The position numbers and the translations under genes were made by a program. Positions 52,275 to 64,000 of a stretch of 64,000 nucleotides of DNA are shown here, in pieces. How positions within the stretch are numbered: the first letter of the stretch is position 1; each line of letters opens with the position of its first letter. The stretch is from Phoronis australis. Lineage: Eukaryota; Animalia; Phoronida. Location of the stretch: contig NMRA01000202.1 of NCBI GenBank assembly GCA_002633005.1, forward strand, positions 291,516-355,515. The letters run 5' to 3'. Under the pieces are notes generated by a model. It searched no databases and was not told the origin of the DNA. It worked only from the letters and a program-made list of their open reading frames with translations.

Positions 52275-54441
52275 ACCTTAACATGTTAGCATTCTGCAGA
52301 GGATGCTGGTAATTTTCAAGGCAAGTTACTTCCACCTTCTTATCATGGTACATTACACACACAGCATCAAAAGGCCATAAATTATTGTTAAGCTGCGCTC
52401 GGCCTATTTCGACAAGGTAATTGGTATCTGCTGAGATGAATTTATTAAATTTTATTACGCACTCTGTCGCAGCTTATTCATACATACGTGACCACGCTAA
52501 AATGCTAACTTCACAAACAAGTGTGAGGCATGGTTTTGCACGATTTTTCTTTGAACTCAAAATGTCCCCTCCCCGATTTTAGAGTATAAAGTTGTAAAAA
52601 GTTGTGCCCCTTCTGTTTAAAACAGTTTGGTTTATGAAAGGCCTATCAGCAGGTTACAACCTCATTCATTTACTGAGTTAGGTACAGTAAGTACGGTATG
52701 CACATATTGCTGCTGTGTGCGTACTTCACACTTTCTCTTTGTAAAGTGTCGTGCTTTGGGGTTTAGGTCCAGCAGTACCGGTAACAAAATGGTCTTTCAC
52801 TTATCAGGTGTTTCGTGACATGACTAAAGACCTACATAGGAAATTTTCGTTTTCCGCTCCCACTTAACAGTTATAGGTTTTAGTAATCAAAGTAATTATC
52901 TGACGAACAAATTTGTGCAAATTTCCTGAGGAAGTAGTAATTATGTTGCTGAAGTGAGTTTTAATTACTTTGCATAGTTACATACGTGGAATATGGACCA
53001 AACGTCTGTCGTTTTTAAGACTTACGGGTAAAAATCTTAAGTCACATTCGTGAAACAGACCACTGGTGTAGGAACATCCTTTTTAAAATTTGTTGTTCTA
53101 TTCGCATCAACTTCCAACCTATTTACATGACTTGTACATTGCCATGATATTTTGGTTGGTTATTTCAGCCTCCAACCATATTCAGGTGTTCAGCCTTCTC
53201 AAAAGGAAGGAGCACAGGTGTGTAGTACACATGTTGTGGATATTCAAGAGTGAACAAATTGACTAAAAGAAATATCAAGGCAGCTAGGCACATAAAGCTA
53301 CACATCAATTTCTGGAGTCAGTCTAGTAAGCAGCCATCCCCTGCTACCCCACCCCCCAACCCNTGCCCCTCCTCTGGCAATAAGGAAGATGTACAAGTAG
53401 CAAATATCCCTTGGAACTGTAGTATTATAGCTCTTTAGAATTAGAGATAAATATATTGAGTTCCGGTTCCATCAGCGTTGTTGTTCCTACATGGTGGCAG
53501 AAAAAATACAATCCAAATGACCACCACGAGTGTACCAGATGGCAGTTTGGTTTTGATAAGTAAGAACATTGTTAACACGTGAGGATGCCTGCGAGAGAAC
53601 TGATTGACCAAAATACAATGCCAGTGTAAATAGGCTAAAGGTTTAGAGGTTGGTATAAATTGTGGAATAGATTTTCAAAATGATGTCGCCATCTCAACTC
53701 AAGTGGTTTTAGGAAGTCATTCAACAGTCATTCTGATTAGACAGGCTTCACTGGATCAAGTTTTAGGTAAACTGCAGAAGTCGCCAACATTTTTGGAAGT
53801 GACTCGAAAGACTTTCCGAACGTGGACGAACTCTGAAAATAAAAACCCGTAAAAGGGTCAATTTTCAAAGTGGGAAACTCACTGACAAAAACTTATCTGT
53901 GATTCAGTCAATTCCATTTGTTTTTATTGAAAGACATTAGAACTGTATTAATTATGTCCAATAGATACATTCATGTGGTGAATTGTTAAACTCTGGGTAT
54001 TCAATTTTAAGGAATTCGTTTAGTTACCTGAGTGCTGTTATGGGTTATATTCTCCAAGCATGTACTCTAGTGTGAGAAAGAATTTCAGAGTTCTCCCCCA
54101 CTGAACCTGCTTTGATTTGGTGATGGTCAGTTACGGAAAACAACAGCAGCCAACTGAAGTTAGATTTGTTTAGTGTTTATGAAAAGTGTAACAGTGGGAA
54201 AGGTATTTATATGGTGAGCATGGTCAGTAATAGTCATTGTTGGAGTGTCAACATGTGGCATTACGTGAGATAGCAAATCAGAACAGTTCCAGCTGCACTG
54301 AGTGAGTAATCTACCTGCTATCAAGAGTGTCTCGATTTTTCCTGGGTATTTCTATAATATTTTTGGAAAGTGAGTGAAAGCTAATCATGGCCTTCAGTTG
54401 TTTCTTCTGGAATCAAACAAGCTCCAGAAGATGGTGATGGT

Positions 54442-54538
54442 CTGATATAACATGCCCGAATTTTGGGAACCAGTTTTCCCCCACCACTGAAATAACGGGC
54501 ATCGAACTGGTTCTCAGAATAGGGGCACGTTATATCAG
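54442..54538. mobile_element. 97-bp palindromic MITE, most complete copy
   Basis: ctgatataacatgccc...gaaccagtt / aactggttc...gggcacgttatatcag. Confidence 0.8.
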
Positions 54539-54600
54539 GAAGATTGTAAATAACTTTGTTGTTGTTATTTATTCCTTTTAATTGAGTTTTGCTTTAACTG

Positions 54601-54606
54601 AATAAA
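54601..54606 (+). terminator. Candidate polyadenylation signal of VPS13B
   Basis: AATAAA followed by GT/T-rich sequence, just before the compositional change; alternative AATAAA at 53838. Confidence 0.5.
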
Positions 54607-55747
54607 AATGTTGGGAAATACGTTACATAGTGTTAATGAATTCATTGGTGTTTTGGAAGTTTATTACATCTCTACAACATGTCCAGTGTTGTCTTTGCCG
54701 CCACCCAGTTTCGCCCGAAGTTGACACCAGTTTACTCTCCTCTATCCCAAGATGACACCCGTTTTATCTCTACCTGTGTCTCGCCCCGTCAACAGCAGTT
54801 ACACCCCTAGCCCGACAACAGTTTTCTGCCCTCCCCCTGTCTTCCGTCGCTTTAGCTGTCTGTTGAAACGTGAAGTTATAGTTGACTAGTAATCGGGGAT
54901 GCACAACCAATTGTGCTTTACTAAACTTTTGCTTCCGTGGTCCTGAAGTCAAATTCTCTATTGCCAGTAATCTATCCCCCTGATGGCTCCAGTTTCGCAC
55001 CCCCTCGCCGTAGGGACTAAGTTCATGGGGGGAGGCAGCCACCAGAAACTTGGTTGTGCCACGTTTCAACAAAGTTTCGCTTGAGGGGTCACTTTTAGAC
55101 CTGAACGCGGTTAGTTAATGATTTTGACCTTCACGAATCACTTTCTCTTTCCAAAGGATAAACTAACAAAACCGTTCTTTACTAGGGATGTGAGAGCAAC
55201 GTAAGAAACCCATACTGCGGGATGCGAAATCCGTAGAAATACGAGGAGAAACGGAATGTAAGGATAGATGGAATCTGTCGGAAACTAGTTTTGCCTATTT
55301 CTGAGAGTGAAAATGAGGCCTAACATCGAATGGTCCAGTTTGAGGACGTTTCACTTTCGCTTTGAAAGCCGTTTTTCGGGGTCCTTGGGCTCCCTAAGGG
55401 CTTGTTTCAGTATCTGTTATTGAAAAACCACACCAGCACCCTTGATGGATAAAGGACTAGATCACGAGAGACGGGTCATCCACCGGCGGTAGCACTCGCC
55501 AAAAAATTACAATTTATTCGTGTTAACGTGAATTCTGGTTCGTTCCAGTTGCGGTTGTAGGCTGTCACGGTTTACGAGTTCGACCTGCAGTCTAAAAATC
55601 GACGAAAACCACTTCACGGCCTATGGTCGACGCGAGCCTACACTATATTCTGAAAGTCATTTTCAGAAAATTCCTCAAAAACACTTTTTCATTAGATTTT
55701 TAAAAATGTTTGGAAACCGGTACTTGAAGTCGCAGCAGATTCCTCGG

Positions 55748-55851
55748 AGGTAGGAAGGGAGATGAAGAAAGAGAGAAAGGGAGGGAGAGAAGGAGGAAGA
55801 GAGAGCTAGAGAGAGGGGGGTTGAGGGTGGGAGGGAGGGAGAGCGAGAGAG
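55748..55851 (+). repeat. GA-rich polypurine tract
   Basis: About 100 nt almost entirely G/A. Confidence 0.85.
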
Positions 55852-58800
55852 CAAATTCGGTCGCGCATATTTTTCCCTGGTGCCACCCTAGTGAGGTCTG
55901 GCGCCCTAGCAGATATTAACCGAAGCCCCACCTAGTGTTTGTTGGGCCCCGGTATTTTTAAATCACGGCTCTCGGGGGGAGAGTGAACAGCGTCAGCTCA
56001 TGAAGAGTAGGCCAAAGTAACCGAGGCTCTCGGTCTTGGTCAATGTTACATCAATGATTTGTAAAAATAGATTCGACGAATGCAGATATCAAAACATTCG
56101 CCCTGTATCCATGTGAATTATAAACTTTCACTCTCACCTGAGTGCTCAAAACCATAGCAACCGACGTGAACAAATGTCCGTTCGACTGCACTCACGCTAT
56201 AGCTCGTGCGCTCATGCTACTGTAAGTCTCGTGCTCTTGCGCCGATTTGTTGTATTTCGGGACACGCTTGTGTAATAGGGAAATGAAAGGACGCTATTGC
56301 GTGCGTTTGGGTGGACTAGGACTGGGATGCCAACGAGATTTCACGGGACTGACCGCGAGTCGGAGTTTCCGATTCTCTGCTCGACGAGTTTTGATCTAGT
56401 GATGTAGTTATCACGTCAAGCCTTATTTCATTGCTTCATTTTCATTTTGTCATTTTTCTACATAATGGAAAACCAAGCGAGTCTCTTGAGTAACAGGTTC
56501 CAGACAACCAGCGATTTCTAGGCAAAATAAATCAACAATACCCGTCAAGTACACTGCCGTTCTTTATAAACACCACCCAGAGGGTCATTTATATTGACAA
56601 GGTGCCCGCAGGCGGGTACCAAAAATTGCGGGTAGGCGGGCTTTTTCAGCACGTTTTGCGGGACCCGCGCGGGGTCTAATAGGTCCCTAAATTTCCATTT
56701 CGTCCCCAAAAAAGGCCCACTGCATTGGCCTCATACCCGCAAAAGGCGCACTGTCCGTCTTCCTACCCACCATATTCGTCATTATTGATTCTTGTTCAGA
56801 CAAACAACGACCATAAGAATTCCGGAAATATGTGAGAATCGACCAACTGCCGGAAAACTACTCGGAAGTGGTCGAAGTTAAATCAAGTTACGCAACGTGG
56901 AAATTTCCGTTGCGATCCTTTGGCTTGGGAGGTCGAAATGTGAGCACCTCTAATATATGTTGTGTGCTTTTGAAAATGTCGGTCTCGGCAGATATAGGGA
57001 TGCAGCAGAAAAAAAAACTGCTCCGCAAAAGGGAATGTGGCAGAAATATCTACCTTGCAAAAGGGGGTGGGAATTAGCAGACCTGGCACCCTCAATAGGG
57101 GCTGCGGGCACCTTTCAGTTCAATGAGTTCGCTTTCGACAACGTACTTGTTAGGAGTTTTTCAAGGCTGATATATTGTGTACTTTAAAGCCATATATATT
57201 TGTTATTTTTTGCCCCAGGTGAACGATTTTGGTATTGTATTAGAGCTGGTGCTTGATCATGTGAATATATGTAAGGAAAATTTCTAAACTCGAAATTATT
57301 GTAAAATCTACCACGGCTACCAGCTAGGCAACGACCGGCTCACCCAATCAAAAGTTGATGATTATCCGTTTGACGTTGTTTAGAGTCATTAGTTCGAAAA
57401 ATATTTCTGAATTTTTAGAAGTTTTTGATGATAACAGTTCTTAACTTACTTTGCCTTTACTAAACAAAAATTCCACTCCAAGCTATCGACTGCAACAACT
57501 CCCACCACGACCGGCGCAACTTCAGCTGCGTGTAACTGAATTTGTCATTCCAGTCCTTAGAGTTCTGTGATTGCACCTACTGTCTGTGTTCGGACAAGAT
57601 GGTCAGCTTTCTTAAGCGTTTGGAGACATCCCACTTATATTCGCCTGTGCCGGGGCTGCTTGCACAATTACTCACACGTGACATCGTGAGTGCAGTTGAA
57701 GGGTCATTGGAGTAGGAGAGGCCGTCTGCTTGCATGGTGAATTTCAGAATGTAAACCTCCCCTGATTACTTAGTAGGTTGATGCAGTTTTGTGTGTTTGG
57801 GTGCAGACGTCAACCTGGATTTTGGCGCTAGCTTGCCGTGTCATTAACTATAAGCTACGGAAACAAAGATTCGGTCGTACGAACGATTGGCTCCTACGAA
57901 ACCCCGAGGTCCTACGAATTCCCGAGAGTTTGGAGATATTCGTAGGGAAGGTAAAATATGTGTCTTATTGTCTTTTGGTGAAGTTCTTGCATTTTTTGCC
58001 ACCCGTTCAACTCACGAGAGTTATTTTGAGTAAAGGAGGTGCTATTACGTCGTACGATAGCGCGTTCTTTACAGAGTGCTTTGGGGGCATTTTGGACGTT
58101 CTCTTAGCCATCTTGTCTTGGGAGTTTTTAGGTCGTTAGTGCGGCACTTCACTGCGCAACGCGTGGAACTCTCAAGTCGTTCGTAGAAAGAATTTACGGC
58201 GCATCTTTTGTTTGGTATATAAATGCCTTTTCTCGAAAAGGGATGCGCGATAGATGAACGTACAAAAAGACCAAGCCAATATTGGCAGCCAGTTTTTCGC
58301 CTACAAGTGCCACCCTTTCTCGGACTGTGAGCAAACAAAAGCACAGAAACGCAGTGGAGAGCGCGCGTGTGACGTGCTGATTTTCGAGCCGTTAACTGGC
58401 CGCAGAAATTCTTTGTCATGTCGTGACAAACTTTGCCGACCCTTACTGTTTTTCAACGATTTGACGAACGCCAAAAACCAAGCTGCCTGAAATCGTACGT
58501 CCGCTTTTGACCTAGGCTTTAAGAATGGTCGACGACTTCTGCTTTATCGTAAGATTGTCATAAGAAGCCTGTGTGAACTGGTGAAAATCGTTCGCGGGGT
58601 GTTCGCAATCGTTCGTGATGGAAGTTGTTGCCGAGCATTTGCTGAAGCATTTGGCGCAAGCCACAGGACATCACAAGGTTTCGTTTAGAAAGCCTGCGAC
58701 TACTTTTATGTGTACCAGGGGATTGCGTCGACCGAAAGTATCCTTTTGAGAGCAAAATTTGCCGCATTGATATGAAACAAGATATGTGTACTTGTTAAAC

Positions 58801-59392
58801 GTAATGGAAACCACTGAAGAAGTTGTTTATTCTTGGAAACACGTTTTGTGCATTAGACGGTCTTGATGTAGACTTAATATGCGAGCAGCTGTTAACAGTG
58901 GCGCTTCTATGACATTTTTAGTGTGGTTGATTGCATCAAAAGAACAATTACACTATCGTGAAGTTAAAATACATTTAGTTAGTGACGAACTTGTCTCGAT
59001 GATAACTTCTTCAGTGAAACTTTTGTGTGTACGTAGGTCACACAAAATAATTGGGGCTATCTGTGTCAGTGCTGCGACAGCGATTTGCGAATAGTTTGAT
59101 TTGCCCTCAAACATCGGAAATACCGGTTATCAAAATCTCTCAAATCAGTTTCCACGCCTTTGAGAATCTGTTAGTTGATGGTAAATAAAAATCTAAGAAA
59201 TATTTCTCTCATTCATAGACTATGAAAATTAGTGTACAATCTATAAATCCACACTAACTCTGAAGAAAACTGTAGACATTTAAAATTGCAAAAATCATGG
59301 GAAGTCGAAATGCCGGAAATGGATGATCAATATTTGTCGCGACTAGTAGTCCAAGTCACATCAAGTACTGAACTCGGACATTTGGCACACAA

Positions 59393-61215
59393 AAATACGT
59401 TTAAAAAGTTGACAAGGGTAGTGATGAAAAATAAAGTTATCACTTTATACAATAATTCTTGTTGCTGCGCCGAACAGAAGGACCGACTAAAACGGTGGAG
59501 GTGATGTTTATTTTTTAGATATTTGAGTAAATGCTGAGATTTGTCGACAAGGACCTTCGTTTTATGCGTCCAGGGAATTTTATCCCTATATACAAGACGA
59601 CGCCCTTACTTATATTTTCACCGCCCTCGTCTTTCTGCCCTCCTCGTTCTGTTCCCTTTTTCAAAATTAGTTTTTCTTGCACGTCACGTACAGCGGTTTC
59701 AATTGTCGTTTTGCGTGATCCCTAGATTACTAAATTCACGTAAGACCAGACTCCTCATATTTTCACCATCTGCATTGTGTGCACATTTCGGAAAATAGAG
59801 TTTACCAAGTCTGCCCCCCGTTTTATGAAAGTTTCAGGTTTGATAGTTGGAAAGACGTTAACTACATTGTTGAACAAACGCAACGTGACATGTGATGGAA
59901 TGACAGCAATGTTATTTCGGTCTAAGTTAAGAGTGAAATAGTTTCATGAAACGGAGCCAGATTTCGTTTTGCGGTATTCAGACTGGCAGATCTAGAAAGT
60001 TGTAGGGGGGGCAACCACAATTTTTGATGATGAAACCCCTAAACACGGCACGACGATGGCGTCATTTTTTGGTCGTGTCCTTTGATGCGACATGTCGCAA
60101 CTGCGTCCATATTTAGCCAAAATCTTAAGTTTGGGTATTATATCGTTAGGTTAATAATAAACCTACGACAGGATTATATCTTTGACGCCGACGGCAAGGA
60201 ATCAAGGTGAAATGTCTGTGGGAAACTACCACACAGTGCGATATATTGTGATGAACATGCATGGTCAAGGAAAAAAGAAGTGGAAAAGAAAACGGGGTGG
60301 CTGNAAATACGTTTAAAAAGTTGACCAGGGTAGTGATGAAAAATAAAGTTATCACTTTATACAATAATTCTTGTTGCTGCGCCGAACAGAAGGACCGACT
60401 AAAACGGCGGAGGTGATGTTTATTTTTTAGATATTTGAGTAAATGCTGAGACTTGTCGACAAGGACCTTCGTTTTATGCGTCCAGGGAATTTTATCCCTA
60501 TATACAAGACGACGCCCTTACTTATATTTTCACCGCCCTCGTCTTTCTGTCCTCCTCGTTCTGTTCCTTTTTTCAAAATTAGTTTTTCATGCACGTCACG
60601 TATAGCGGTTTCAATTGTCGATTTGCGTGATCCCTAGATTACTAAATTCACGTAAGACCAGACTCCTCATATTTTCACCATCTTCATTGTGTGCACATTT
60701 CGGAAAATAGAGTTTACCGAGTCTGCCATCCGTTTTATGAAAGTTTCAGGTTTGATAGTTGGAAAGACGTTAACTACATTGTTGAACAAGCGCAACGTGA
60801 CATGTGATGGAATGACAGCAATGTTATTTCGGTCTAAGTTAAGAGTGAAATAGTTTCATGAAACGGAGCCAGATTTCGTTTTGCGGTATTCAGACTGGCA
60901 GATCTAGAAAGTTGTAGGGGGGGCAACCACAATTTTTGATGATGAAACCCCTAAACACGGCACGACGATGGCGTCATTTTTTGGTCGTGTCCTTTGATGC
61001 GACATGTCGCAACTGCGTCCATATTTAGCCAAAATCTTAAGTTTGGGTATTATATCGTTAGGTTAATAATAAACCTACGACAGGATTATATCTTTGACGC
61101 CGACGGCAAGGAATCAAGGTGAAATGTCTGTGGGAAACTACCACACAGTGCGATATATTGTGATGAACATGCATGGTCAAGGAAAAAAGAAGTGGAAAAG
61201 AAAACGGGGTGGCTG
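59393..61215. repeat. 911-bp tandem duplication separated by a single N
   Basis: 59393-60303 and 60305-61215 near-identical; n at 60304. Confidence 0.97.
59811..59960. mobile_element. 150-bp MITE (second copy 60723-60872)
   Basis: ctg...ccgttttatgaaa / tttcatgaaacggagccag inverted ends. Confidence 0.6.
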
Positions 61216-61300
61216 AGCTCCAAACGAATCTCTTTAATGTTCAACAATGTGAATGCGAAAGACGAAGAACTATTCAGAGTCAAGTCTATCGTATATCGTA

Positions 61301-61516
61301 GGCCAAGTGCAACATAAGTACGATTAATTACTGTAATAATTCCCCTATTTATTCCAGTGATAATTTTTAGCCAGGAAAATACTGTAATATATATTTAATT
61401 TTTATTACTGAAATAAATATTAATTACAGTAATAAATATTTATTACAGTAATTCCTGTCTTCTGATTGGCTAAAGAATTATTACAGTAATAAATGGGACT
61501 TATGTCGCACGTGACC
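61301..61516. mobile_element. 216-bp palindromic MITE
   Basis: ggccaagtgcaacataagt...attactgtaataattc / gaattattacagtaat...acttatgtcgcacgtgacc, with ttactgtaat subrepeats. Confidence 0.8.
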
Positions 61517-62041
61517 ACCGAGAGGATTCAGTCAACGATCACGTGCTAGCGTGGCCAGTCAAGTGATGCAAAGTTAAAACTGGGCTGTGTTCCATAGACC
61601 CAATACACTAACTTTCTCTTGCGACGAAGATATTTTGCCTATAGAACGAAAGCAGTGAATTCTACCACATAAATTATAAATTCTAAATTCAACATTCCAG
61701 CTTCACCGACCAGTCACCTCAGTGGTTGTTATTTTGCCAGCCGGTTACTTTAGTTGGGTCACGTTCTTCCCATAACACGGTGTATGCTTATAAGAAGTAG
61801 AACAGCCGGCAAGCTCTTGTCTTTCAAAAGCTTTTTGATAAAACTTCTGAAAGCAGCACAACACTTAAGTATTGCAGTAGTGTTTTTATTATAGTGACAA
61901 GTACATGTACACTGTTCATTGATTCCAACAACACATAAATTGTACAAACAATCAGCACCCAAAATGAATTGGGCTTATTTATAACCTCAGAATGAGGCTT
62001 AATAACAACTAAGAAATCAAATTAGTTTTATTATTATCATT

Positions 62042-62980
62042 ATGGAACGTTCGCATATTACGTCACCACTTGAGGGGGAAGGGGTTTGGAAATATGACGA
62101 TTTAAGACAGAGGGAAGATGGGGGATTAGACTCACGGTGACGTCATTGCGTGGTTTATTAGAATATCTGGAAACTGGCTCACCTTCTAGTGGAATGGACT
62201 AATTCCAAAACCAGAACTCGGTTGCCGTTTCACGTTTCAAAGATTTGATCGTATTACACTAGGCTTACTTTACACTCGTGTACACGTACAAAACACAGCC
62301 CCACTCCATCTCTGCCTATCATTGACAATCGTCATAGTAAAGTAGCGCATTCGGGCATGATCACGACACCCAGGGACAGGCAGGGTCATGTTTTGCTGGG
62401 GATCATGAGATTTAGATTATGAGATTGTTGAGCATGTATGCACTGTTACAACGAAATTAATTTTTTTCATTTATTACATCAAATATGTCAGAATCATTTT
62501 AACTTACTTTCATACCATTTTTCAAGTTGCATTGATTTAAAAATCTCAAGTTTTGCTCTCCACGTTGCCGATTCCGTGGAAACTGGCCACAGGGTAAAAT
62601 ACGACAATAGTGCTGTAATCTAATATTAAAAGGCCGCTGTTATGAAAATATTTTGTTTTTCCCGCCATATCCTCACTCTTCTGGTGGACTAGGTATGTAA
62701 ATATTCATTATTTTTGATTTGATGGTTGAAATGGTGTACTTTATTTCATTATTGAGTACATCAGCGGTAAATGCAACTTACGATTATAAAAAAGAATTAG
62801 TTTGTCATTACAATCATAAATACGGAATTACCGACGAACTGTCGGTTCTTCAAAAAACGAGATGGCTGTGGTGACATGGTTTGAGGCTGGATGGGGGGTT
62901 ACATCATAACGACGCAGTATGACAGAGAGGGGGGGGGGTAACAAGTGCCAATTTGGTATGACGTAATATGTGAATGATCT
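62042..62980. mobile_element. Non-autonomous DNA transposon, about 0.9 kb
   Basis: TIR ttcgcatattacgtca / tgacgtaatatgtgaa with G-run subterminal blocks at both ends. Confidence 0.6.
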
Positions 62981-64000
62981 TTTATTGTTTATTTTCATTG
63001 TAGAAATATAAGTATATCTACGCTTGTATGTGCACTTAACAAATTTGGCAAGTTGTCCAGGAAAACGTTGAGATAATAATATTAATCCATCTACTCTGCT
63101 ACAGAAAAGTTTGCTACTTGGAGATATACTAATTGTACTCTTTGCTTTACATTCATCAGTTTAGAACACAGGACGAGTTTCGTCAGTCAAAAGGTGTCAC
63201 TAAAATGTAAACATTTCGTGGCTTTCAACCCTGTTTCTTTTTGCCACATTTTACAATTAATTTTTTATTGTTTTTAATTAGGCGAGGTTTCCGCGGAAAA
63301 ATCAGTTATATGAATTTTGACAAACAAATCGGAAAGAGTATCTTTAAAAAATACATTTGTTCTAACAGATGGACAATTGAATACAAAATGCTGCCCAATT
63401 AAACCGAGTTTGAATAACAACATATACATAAAATTTCTTTTACAGAAGTCTATGCATGAGATTCCATGAGCATAGAAAAAGTTTCACCTCTATGCTGAGG
63501 CCGAATGAAGAACGCTCGAAACGTGACTTTACAAGCTGTTCAATTGCAAACTCAAGTGCTCAACACAGACTTGGTTATTACAGATCTAATCTAAACATGT
63601 TTTGAATATTGTTTGCAATGATTTGAAATTGGCCAAACCTGGGACTCTTCACAACTCTCACATGAGATGTCTCAGATCGTTTTGATGGGAGTCACCAAGT
63701 GCTGTCGTTTTAAGGAAAATATCGAGACCACGTAGTTAGAATTAATCGCTCCATCTCATTATTTTCTCGTTTCGGTCTCACCTAGGAAGGAAATGTCCTA
63801 TTAAGTGACATTATGAAACCTCTGTCTGTCAAACAATAGCTTGATTTAGATCATTTACCATTACAAATATCTCGTGTCATTCTTTAGATTTAAGGCGGGC
63901 TCAAACCCGCTTTCCGTCGGAGCAAATCAACACTTAGCGTTATGAAACTGATCTCAAATCGTTCCTTAGTCAACTAAATGTAATTTCTTGGCTTAGAAGG

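Noticed and set aside
52272-52500. Selenocysteine or readthrough at the TGA stop
   Set aside because: The protein ends where VPS13B is expected to; context is TGA-A and I saw no SECIS-like structure.
54770-64000. Protein-coding gene downstream of VPS13B
   Set aside because: Short ORFs lack recognisable motifs or a consistent splice chain; several lie in repeats or the duplicated block.

Overview
Eukaryotic (invertebrate-like, AT-rich) genomic DNA. About 52 kb is the 3' part of a large plus-strand, intron-rich gene that I recognise as VPS13B (COH1-like lipid transfer protein). I traced 43 phase-consistent GT-AG exons from 152 to a TGA at 52272-52274 (about 10.2 kb CDS, about 3,400 aa; the N-terminus lies upstream of the window), with a candidate polyA signal at 54601. 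The introns hold many transposon relics: a 3.5-kb degraded Sola3-like element with transposase remnant, a 450-bp foldback palindrome with a 5-bp TSD, several Helentron/HINE-like elements carrying co-oriented CTCF-like motifs, a tRNA-derived SINE inside a 20-bp minisatellite, and several MITE families. After about 54.7 kb the sequence turns CpG-rich and has no convincing CDS. Two direct duplications next to Ns are probably haplotype or assembly artefacts. I see no clearly new biological system; the best leads are TE-related. All homology calls are from recall of family motifs, not from a search.
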